A stretch of 64,000 nucleotides of DNA, from the IMG/VR virus record IMGVR_UViG_3300037466_003849, positions 1-64,000 of that record; one strand, written 5' to 3'. The position numbers and the translations under genes were made by a program. This stretch comes from a virus. Its lineage: Duplodnaviria; Caudoviricetes. Below are positions 52,025 through 60,300 of the stretch, one piece after another. The notes below the pieces were generated by a model. The model saw only the letters and a list, made by a program, of their open reading frames with translations, searched no databases and was not told the DNA's origin. Position 1 is the first letter of the stretch; the number at the start of each line of letters is the position of its first letter.

Positions 52025-53464
52025 ATGGCGAACTCCGCCACTCTGAAGGCCCGCGGCGAACAGTTGCGCGCGGACTTCAAGACCATCAACGAGGACACCG
52101 CCCTCACCAACGCCGAGCGCGCCGAGAAGCTGGAGAAGCTGACCAAGGCCGTCACCGACCACGAGCTCGAGCTGAAGAACTCCGAGACCGCGCGGGCGCT
52201 GTCGGCGAAGCTGGGCACCGGCGAGGCCGCTGCCGAGATGGGCGCCGAGCAGGAGAAGGGCGGCCCGCGGTTCAAGTCGCTGGCCGAGCGCATCATGTCG
52301 CACGCCGACTTCAAGGACGCGCTCGACGCCTGCAATCCCGACGCCAAGCGCGCGGTTTCGAAGGCTTTCGAGATCGACATGAAGGACGCGTCGGCCGGTG
52401 CCAACCAGATGGGTGAGTCCATCTACGGCGCGGTCGGCCCGACTGCCCTCGGTCAGAATCCCTTCTTCCCGACTGGCGCCGCGGCGGCCGTCCTGCCGCC
52501 CACCTGGCTGCCGGGCATCGTGGAGCAGCGTTTCTACCCGCTGACCCTGGCGGACGTGATCCCCAGCTCGGCGATCAGCACCAACAACCTGAGCTACGTC
52601 GTCGAGACCGCGTTCACCAACAACGCCGCGGAGACGGCGGAAGGTGGCCAGTACCCCTACAGCTCCGTGAAGCTGGACCGGGTCTACGAGCAGCTGGGCA
52701 AGATCACCAACGCCGAGAAGCTGACCGACGAGACCATCGCCGACAGCGCGATGTTCCACAACTTCGCGACCGGCCGCCTGGTGCTGGGTGTCCAGCGCAA
52801 GGAGGAAGTCGCGATGCTGGCGGGCCAGGGTGCTGGCCAGGGCAACATCAACGGCCTGCTCAACCGCAGCACCGGCTTCACCGTGGCCAGCGGCTTCACC
52901 CCGGTCACCGCGAGCAATGTCAAGTTCCCGCCCACCGGCACCCCCGGCGCGGGCACCTCCTCGGAGACCGTCGCGACCCTGACCTACGGCCGCAAGATCG
53001 TCGGCGCGGGCACCGGCGTGTACCCGACCGCCTCGGCGCTGGCCGAGGGCCTGTTCATGGGCACCACCGACATCTGGCTGAATAGCTGGATCGCGCCGAC
53101 GCACTACGTGCTGAACCCGCTGGACTGGCAGATCATCCGGCTTGCCAAGGACGCCAACGGCCAGTACTTCGGTGGCAGCTTCTTCGGCACCAACTACGGC
53201 CTGGGGCAGAGCTCCAGCGAAATGCTGTGGGGCAAGCCGGTCATCGTCACCCCGGCGATGCCGCAGGGCTCCGCGCTGATCGCCTCGTTCTCCCGCGAGG
53301 TGCTGGAGGCGTTCCGGCGCCAGGGCATCTCGGTCGAGATGACCAACACCAACGGCAACGACTTCGACCACGGCCTGTGGACGGTCCGCGCCCAGGTGCG
53401 CTCCGGTCTGGCCGTCTACCGCCCGGCCGCTTTCCAGCTGGTCCAGGTCGTCGTCGGTCCGTGA
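52025..53464 (+). CDS. Major capsid protein, HK97 fold
   Basis: Coiled-coil delta domain; AEG..YP, LNP.DW..IR.AKD.NG.Y, LWG.PV, RP.AF. Confidence 0.95.
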   Translation: MANSATLKARGEQLRADFKTINEDTALTNAERAEKLEKLTKAVTDHELELKNSETARALSAKLGTGEAAAEMGAEQEKGGPRFKSLAERIMSHADFKDALDACNPDAKRAVSKAFEIDMKDASAGANQMGESIYGAVGPTALGQNPFFPTGAAAAVLPPTWLPGIVEQRFYPLTLADVIPSSAISTNNLSYVVETAFTNNAAETAEGGQYPYSSVKLDRVYEQLGKITNAEKLTDETIADSAMFHNFATGRLVLGVQRKEEVAMLAGQGAGQGNINGLLNRSTGFTVASGFTPVTASNVKFPPTGTPGAGTSSETVATLTYGRKIVGAGTGVYPTASALAEGLFMGTTDIWLNSWIAPTHYVLNPLDWQIIRLAKDANGQYFGGSFFGTNYGLGQSSSEMLWGKPVIVTPAMPQGSALIASFSREVLEAFRRQGISVEMTNTNGNDFDHGLWTVRAQVRSGLAVYRPAAFQLVQVVVGP

Positions 53465-53530
53465 TGAAGCCGCCCCGGCGGTGCCTGCTTTGCGCCGCCG
53501 CCGGGGCTGGCCTCCAGGAAGGAAATCCCC

Positions 53531-53728
53531 ATGGCCACAAGCTATGTCGACCCCTACCACCAGTCGCTCATTCCCGCGATGCGCCAGATCTTCGGTGAGC
53601 AGTCCACCCTCGGCAATGACGAGGCAGAGGCCGAGGACGAGAAGCCGAAGACCGCGCGGACGAAGGTCGTCAAGGCCCCGGCCGCCGCAGCGCCGGAGAA
53701 GACCCAGGAAGGTGTCGAGACGAAGTGA
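53531..53728 (+). CDS. Small head-associated protein
   Basis: RBS GAAGGA; position. Confidence 0.6.
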   Translation: MATSYVDPYHQSLIPAMRQIFGEQSTLGNDEAEAEDEKPKTARTKVVKAPAAAAPEKTQEGVETK

Positions 53729-54270
53729 GTTCCCTGGTCACAGGGAGTCCCACGCTCGATCCGTTCGAATACGCCTCGCAGCTGGTCCGCGGGTATTGCG
53801 GGATCTCGTTCGACTTCGTCGAGAACGACACCAAGATCCTCGATCCGCGGGCCGACGGCACGGTCCAGCTCCCCGAGACGCCGGTCACCGCCGTTTCGTC
53901 CGTCGAAGGATGGATGCCCGGCCAGACCGGCGTCTGGGACTGGCAGCCGATCACCTGGTACCGATGGCTCGACCGCGGCCTGCTCTACAACACCGCCTAC
54001 ATCGAAAGCCATGAGCTGCCGACGTGGGGGCCGGTGTGGCCGTGGGTACCTGGTGGGCTGAAGGTCGTCTACAGCCACGGATTCGCGGAGATTCCCGACG
54101 ATATCGTGTCCGTCGTCACGCGCCTGGGCGCCCAGATCGCCGCCAACCCGCGCTGGGTGCAGTCGCGCAAGGTCGGCGAGGTCTCCACCGTCTTCTCCAC
54201 CTCCGGCATCACGCTGCGAGACGAGGACAAGGCGGTGCTGGATCGCTATGCGGCCCAGGAGGTCTCGTGA
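53725..54270 (+). CDS. Head-to-tail adaptor
   Basis: VRGYC, LPETPV..V..V, V.YSHGF.EIPDDI motifs. Confidence 0.85.
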   Translation: MSSLVTGSPTLDPFEYASQLVRGYCGISFDFVENDTKILDPRADGTVQLPETPVTAVSSVEGWMPGQTGVWDWQPITWYRWLDRGLLYNTAYIESHELPTWGPVWPWVPGGLKVVYSHGFAEIPDDIVSVVTRLGAQIAANPRWVQSRKVGEVSTVFSTSGITLRDEDKAVLDRYAAQEVS

Positions 54271-54614
54271 GTGAGACCGACCTCGGCGGTCAGACGATCA
54301 CCGTCCTCGTCCGCGCCGACACCGGCACTAAGGATGTCCTCGGCGTGCCGGTGCTGAACACGACGCCGACCGACCAGCCCGGATGCAGCGTGCAACCGCG
54401 CTACACCTCCGAGCACGAGTCGAGCGTCGACTTCACCCGGTCGATGTGGATCGTTTTCGCCCCGCCGTCGGCGCTGATTATGGCGCTCAAGGCCACGGAT
54501 GCCGTCGAGTACCTCGGCGACACCTTCGAGGTCTACGGCGACCCGATGCCGTGGCCGGACGAGACCGGCGTCATCGACTACGTCCGCTTCGAGCTCCGCA
54601 AGGCGAGGGGGTGA
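54267..54614 (+). CDS. Head-to-tail stopper
   Basis: GCSVQP..TSE, ..G.TFEV.G.P..W. Confidence 0.85.
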   Translation: MSETDLGGQTITVLVRADTGTKDVLGVPVLNTTPTDQPGCSVQPRYTSEHESSVDFTRSMWIVFAPPSALIMALKATDAVEYLGDTFEVYGDPMPWPDETGVIDYVRFELRKARG

Positions 54615-54617
54615 GTC

Positions 54618-54992
54618 GTGCCCGCCAGCTACAAGATCGACGCGAACGTCTTCGCCGACTATCTGAAGAACTCCTCGGAGATGCACGCCAAGCTCGCCGA
54701 GATCGGCGCCGAGGCAGTGGAGATCTGGCAGGACAAGGCGCCGGTGAACAAAACCGGAAAGCCGCACACGTTGCCGAGTGGATACGTCGACAATCCAGGC
54801 GATTATCGCGATTCCATCCGCTACAAGATCATGCGCAATCCGACGCGTATGAAGGTGCGGATCATGGCGACCGATTACAAGGCGCACTGGATCGAATACG
54901 GCACCAAAAAGATGGAGGCCATGCACCCCATGGCCGACACGCGCGAGGAAATGATCAGCCGCGGATATCACCGTGAAGGCCGCGACGAGTGA
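54618..54992 (+). CDS. HK97 gp10-like neck/tail completion protein
   Basis: APV..G.YRDSI, AHWIEYGT..M. Confidence 0.8.
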   Translation: MPASYKIDANVFADYLKNSSEMHAKLAEIGAEAVEIWQDKAPVNKTGKPHTLPSGYVDNPGDYRDSIRYKIMRNPTRMKVRIMATDYKAHWIEYGTKKMEAMHPMADTREEMISRGYHREGRDE

Positions 54993-55375
54993 TTATCGAC
55001 TCCGAAGTCTTCATGGTCGCCTATCTCTCGCCGCTGGGCAATGTGAGCGTGGAGCTCCCCAACGATCCTCCGCTGCCGTTCTACCAGCTCTGGCGTATCA
55101 CCGGCTCCGACGACGGGGTCACCGATTGCGGCACTGTGCAGGTCAATATTTTCGGCGACTCACGAAATTCCGCCCGGATCGCCGCGCGAGAAATGCACGC
55201 GCGAATGCTGGCGCTGAGTCCGAAAATTACCGTCGAGACCGATAAAGGTCCGGCGTGTATCGACCATCGCCGGACAATTCTTGCTCCGGCTTACCTGGAT
55301 TACCAGGACGAAAATCTCTGGCGATATGTCGCTCGATACGAGCTGGCCTCTCGTCTCACCTCTCAATCTCTTTAG
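54989..55375 (+). CDS. Tail terminator protein
   Basis: LPF...RI.G.DD..TD...VQV..F motif; position. Confidence 0.85.
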   Translation: MIIDSEVFMVAYLSPLGNVSVELPNDPPLPFYQLWRITGSDDGVTDCGTVQVNIFGDSRNSARIAAREMHARMLALSPKITVETDKGPACIDHRRTILAPAYLDYQDENLWRYVARYELASRLTSQSL

Positions 55376-55384
55376 GAGATTTCC

Positions 55385-56350
55385 ATGACCGGATATGTCC
55401 TCTGGGACAATTTCTTCGGCGGCCGGGCCAACCGAATCACCAAGGCCCTCTACGGCTCGCTGCTGGTTCGCGACCACGAGGACGAGGCCACCGCCGTCGC
55501 GGCCTACTCGCCCTTCGATCCCGAGACCGGCAACCTGAGCCCCACCCTGCTCACCACCGACGGCTGGCGCGATGTCGGCCTGCTCGGCGAGAACGGCGTC
55601 AGCTTCACGCCGAAGTACACCACCGTCGACACCATGGTGTGGCAGAGCCGCCAGGCGCAGCGCACCGACGTCACCGTCGACCAGGAGGAGTGCGCGTTCC
55701 AGTGCGCGGAGTCCTCGGTGCTCGTGGACTACCTGAAGGAGAATCTGCCGCTGGCCGGAATGCCCGCCGACGGCACGATCGGCTACACCATCACCAAGTC
55801 CAAGGTGCCGCAGGTGGTTTACCGCCAGGTGCTGGCGCTCGGCGTGGACGGCAGCTCGGGCAACAACGAGTACTTCGGCACCCTGTACGCCCGCGCGCTG
55901 ATGATCAAGCCGGAGAAGCAGGACTGGAACGCCAAGACCGAGATCCTGACCCCGCTGACCTTCGATTCCTACCCGGACCCGTTCTCCGGCTTCGCCGTTC
56001 GGCGCTTCCGTGAAGGTCCCGCGTGGCGGGCGTCCGGCGGCACCACCTCGGCACCCGGAACTCCGGTGGCGACCGCGGTGGCGGGCGCGAAGGCGACCCT
56101 CCAGTTCACGCCGCCGACCAGCGAAAACGGCCCGTTCACCTACAACGTGCTGAAGACCACCGGCGGCGTGATCACCCCGGTCACCGCGAGCAACGTCGTC
56201 GTCTCCTCGTCCTCGAGCTCGAGCGTGACGCTGACCATCTCCGGCCTGACCGCCTCAGAGGCCGACACCTTCACCGTCCAGGCGACCGGCTCCAACGGCT
56301 CGCAGTCGGTCCCGTCGACCGCGTCCAACTCGATCACGGTCCTGGCCTGA
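55385..56350 (+). CDS. Major tail protein with C-terminal FN3-like domain
   Basis: W.DVGLL.E.GV; C-terminal PGTP.A...L.FTPP...YTV.A...NG..S.PS. Confidence 0.9.
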   Translation: MTGYVLWDNFFGGRANRITKALYGSLLVRDHEDEATAVAAYSPFDPETGNLSPTLLTTDGWRDVGLLGENGVSFTPKYTTVDTMVWQSRQAQRTDVTVDQEECAFQCAESSVLVDYLKENLPLAGMPADGTIGYTITKSKVPQVVYRQVLALGVDGSSGNNEYFGTLYARALMIKPEKQDWNAKTEILTPLTFDSYPDPFSGFAVRRFREGPAWRASGGTTSAPGTPVATAVAGAKATLQFTPPTSENGPFTYNVLKTTGGVITPVTASNVVVSSSSSSSVTLTISGLTASEADTFTVQATGSNGSQSVPSTASNSITVLA

Positions 56351-56354
56351 TCTA

Positions 56355-56398
56355 GACCCCGCCGCGCAGATCTCTCGGCTGGCTGCGCGGCGGGGGTC
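56355..56398 (+). terminator. Hairpin after major tail gene
   Basis: GACCCCGCCGCGCAG...CTGCGCGGCGGGGGTC. Confidence 0.55.
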
Positions 56399-56444
56399 AC
56401 CCCCTTTCACAGCCGAGATTCCTTACAGCCGAGGAGTTTTCGAA

Positions 56445-56894
56445 ATGGCAACCCGCAACGTCAAGCCGATGACCAACAAGCGCCTGTCGATCGCCGACTT
56501 CGAGGAGCAGGCGATGGCCGCCCTCGGTCAGCCTCCGGGCTACACCCTGATCCTCAGCGAGGACGAAAGCGTCCCCGACGTGCACATCCCGCACCCGTTG
56601 CTCGTCGCCGAGGATCGCCTCAAGGCGATTCAGGACGCGCAGTCCGGCGCCGACCTCGACACCGAGGAGATTGAGGACCCCGAGACCGGGCGCACCGTCA
56701 CGGTCACCAAGTTCCCCCGCACCATCGACGGCAAGCCCGCCGACCCCGAGGCCGTCCGGCTGGCCCGCGCGGTCCTCGGCCCGGCCGAGCACAAGCGCTT
56801 CCTCGCCCATGGCGGCAAGTCGACGCACGTGGCGCTGGCCTGGGAGGCCATGGCCGCGGAGGTGCAGTCGATGGCCCCAAAACGCGGGAAGTAA
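56445..56894 (+). CDS. Tail assembly chaperone
   Basis: Between MTP and TMP; slippery heptamer near its end. Confidence 0.85.
   Translation: MATRNVKPMTNKRLSIADFEEQAMAALGQPPGYTLILSEDESVPDVHIPHPLLVAEDRLKAIQDAQSGADLDTEEIEDPETGRTVTVTKFPRTIDGKPADPEAVRLARAVLGPAEHKRFLAHGGKSTHVALAWEAMAAEVQSMAPKRGK
56876..56882 (+). other. -1 programmed frameshift site (C CCA AAA)
   Basis: XXXYYYZ heptamer; the -1 frame is open into the 56924..57343 ORF. Confidence 0.75.
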
Positions 56895-57343
56895 TCGAGG
56901 TACTCAAGGCGCACCCGCTCGAAGTGCAGTCTGATCTGTCCCGCTACCACGGTGTTCGCATCCGCGACTGGTGGCGGGGCAAGGTCAGCTCCCAGGAGCT
57001 CTACGCCTTCATCGTGAACCTCCCCGAGGACAGCGCGACGAAAACCGCTGCCCGCGACGGAGACTGGCACGAGGACAAGTACCTCGCGGTCCGGCTCATC
57101 AACGAATTGCTCTGCTACCGCGCGGATTTCATCTCCGCGAACGGCGGCGAGTTCAAGCCGAACCTCATCCTGTCGCCCAAGCAGATCGAGGCCAAGCGCG
57201 CCGAGCGCCAGCAGTACCTCGACCTGCGAACGCTGATGCTCGCGCAGATGCGCGGCGAATTCGTACCCCCGAAGCGATCTGTGCGCTTCGAAACCGAGGA
57301 CCGCAAGGGCGACGGCATCCAAGGGCCACCGGCAACGAGATAG
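56882..57343 (+). CDS. Tail assembly chaperone frameshift extension
   Basis: DL..YH...I.DWW.G..S..EL..F...LP.DS motif. Confidence 0.8.
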   Translation, partial: TREVIEVLKAHPLEVQSDLSRYHGVRIRDWWRGKVSSQELYAFIVNLPEDSATKTAARDGDWHEDKYLAVRLINELLCYRADFISANGGEFKPNLILSPKQIEAKRAERQQYLDLRTLMLAQMRGEFVPPKRSVRFETEDRKGDGIQGPPATR

Positions 57344-57357
57344 CAAGGCGGTGAACC

Positions 57358-60300
57358 GTGTCCGGAAATGGCGTGTTTTTCGACGTAATCCCCAAGCTCG
57401 AGATGAAGATCTTCGAAGCGCAGATGGGATCGGCCACTCGACGGGCTGAAACTGCGGCCAACGAGATGGTCCGCGCCATTTCCGGGCATGACTACTTCGC
57501 CGCGCCGACGACGCAGCTCGACCGCTACGTCGCCCGCATGGAAACCCAGATGCGCTCGGCCAACTCGATCATGGATCGGACCGAGGAGCGCCAGATCCAG
57601 GCGGCCGAGCGCGTCGAGGCGGCCGAGAAGCGCAAGAACGCCGCTATCAAGAACAGCGAGGAAGTCCTCGCCAAGACTCGCGACGAGAACTCTGCCCGCT
57701 ACCTGCGCGCCCTGGCGACGCAGACCAGGGCAGAGAACGAGCTCGCCGCCGCGACGCGCGAGCACAGCGCCGCCTCCGCGGCTTTCGTGACGGCCCAGCG
57801 CGGCCACGAGGAGGCAACCCGTCGCCAGGAGGAGGCCACCGTCGCCGCGGCCGGTGCGATGGGACGCTTCGGCACCGCCGCCGCCAACACCACCATGGCC
57901 GTCGGCGTCGGCCTCGCCGGGGCGTTCGCCGTCGGCGCCAGCCGGGCCGCGGACCTGGAGAAGGGCCTGAACCTGCTCGTCACCGGCGCCGGTGAGAGCA
58001 GCAAGAACCTCGACGGCCTGCGCAAGGGTGTCCTCGATCTCCAGGCGCAGTGGGGCACCTCGGCCAACGAGCAGTCCAAGGCGTTGCTGCTGATCGAGCG
58101 CGCGGGATACCACGGCGCCGATGCCCTCAAGGTCCTCACCGCGGGCGTCCAGGCCGCCAAGGCCGAAGGCTCCGACCTGTCCACGGTCGTCGACCAGCTG
58201 ACGACCACGATGCACGACTTCGCCGGATCTCGGGTCGGCAACTTCGCCATCTCGCTCGACAACGTCAACGGTGTCATGTCGGTCGGCGTCGAGACCGCGC
58301 GCCTGTCGAAGACCACGCTGGAGGAGTACGCCCGCGCGATCGGCACCGTCGAGGAGACGGCCAAGAACGCGGGCATGAACATTTCTGGTCTCAACGCCGC
58401 CTTCGCGACGATGACCCAGCACGGCATCTCGGCGCAGAACGCGAGCCAGATGCTCCAGCACGGCATCATGACGCTCCAGTCGCCGCAGGGGCCGCAGCAG
58501 GCGGTGCTGAATCAGTTCGGCATTTCAACTCGCCAGGTCCAGCAATGGCTCGCCGACCCCGATGTGCAGCTCGGCGGCGCGATCGAAAATATCAACAAGG
58601 CGATCGAGAAGAAGACCGACAAGAAGACCGGAATCGTCCACATCGACCCGAATATGGTGTCGATCGACGCAAAGGCCGCCCTTGCCGCTCAAGTGCAGGC
58701 AATGGACCCGCTCCAGCGCGCCGTGGTGGAGAGATTCCAGGGCAAGGGCGAAGTCAACGGCGAGTCCTTCAACAAGGTCCTCAATAGCCTCCAGGAAGGC
58801 GAGCGCAAAAAGCTCATCACGTGGCGATCGACCTACGACAACCTCACCGGATTCAACAAAATGCTCGCCAAGGGGCAGAACCCGGATATGTCGGTCGAGC
58901 AGGTCATGAAAATGATCTACGGCGACCAGGTCACCACCAAAGACGCCATGAACCTGCTCGACGAGGACCCGCAGGTCGGCTACCGCCAGACCAAGGAGAA
59001 GCTCGACCTCGCCGCCAGGGGCATCGACCCGAACAAGCACGTCGAAGGCGCCGACCAGTCGCAGCAGTCTCTACGCGCGCAGCTGGCGGACCTCCGCGGC
59101 GCCCTGAACACCAACCTCACCGACCTCGGCGAGGCGACGCAGGGGCCGCTGACGAAGTTCGTCCACATGCTGGTCGACGCCGCCCAGCTGCTGCACGGCC
59201 ACAGCGACGCGCTCCAGTGGGCCGGTCTCGGCACCATGGGCCTTGCCGCCGGGCTGGGCGTCATCAAGGGCGGCAACGCCCTCGGCAACCTGTTCGGCTA
59301 CGAGAAGAACGCCTTCGGCCGCAAGGTCGGCCAGGGCATCGGCGCCACCGTCAGGGGCACCGGCCGCGGCATCGCCGCGACGACCCGCGGCATCGGCACC
59401 GGCACGAACGCCGCCATCGCCGCAGCGCGCAACGCGCGCAGCTCCGACACCGCCCTCTACCTCCAGGGCGCTGCTCTCAACGGCATGGACGCCGCCCGCA
59501 ACGCTCGCGACGCTGCGCGCACCCGGCGAGAGCACGCCGCATTCCTGGAGGAGGAGGAACGGCCCAGCCGGTTCGCCCGCGCTGGCCGTTGGGGAGCCCG
59601 CGCCGGTGTCGTCGCCGCGCCGCTGGCCCTCATGGCGTTGACCGCGGGCGCCGCGCACGCCGACGACGGCTCCGGCGGTGGTGGCGGCATGACCGACATG
59701 GCGATGATGGCCATGACCGCGCTACCCGCGCTGCCGATGCTCGGCGGTGCCGCGAAGGGTGTCGGCAAGGGCGCCTCGGCGCTCGGGGAAGGCGCCAAGG
59801 CGGGCCTGGAGGCCATCTCCAGCGCAGGCAAGGGCGCGATGACCACCCTGACCGGCGTTACGAAGTCAGTCACCGAGCTGCCGAAGCTGTTCAAGGGCGT
59901 GACATCGGCGGTGAAGGACTGGACCGCGGTCCAGTGGCTGCTCGACGCCGCGATGGACGCCAACCCGATCGGCATTGCCGTCGTCGCAATCGCCGCGCTG
60001 ACCGCAGGCATCATCTACGCCTACAACCACAGCGAGAAATTCCGCGAAATCGTGAATGGCGCCCTTTCGGCGGTCGGAAACGCATTCAAGTCGACCTACG
60101 ACGGATTCGTAAAGCCATTCTTCGACGATTTTAAGCGGATTTTCTCCGATGTGTGGGATTTCGCGAAGAATACCTTCGGATTCTGGAAGGATTTGCTGAC
60201 CGGCGATTTCTCCGGCGCCTGGGACCACGCGAAGACGCTGGTCGGCGACGCAGTCGACGGAGTGAAGGCTTCCCTCGGAGTTCTCGGAACGGCGATCCAC

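Noticed and set aside
49535-53560. 1341-aa minus-strand ORF and other long antisense ORFs (16537..18903, 13060..14286, 24571..25719)
   Set aside because: Shadow frames of high-GC genes opposite clearly identified portal, capsid, primase and other genes; no motifs or RBS.
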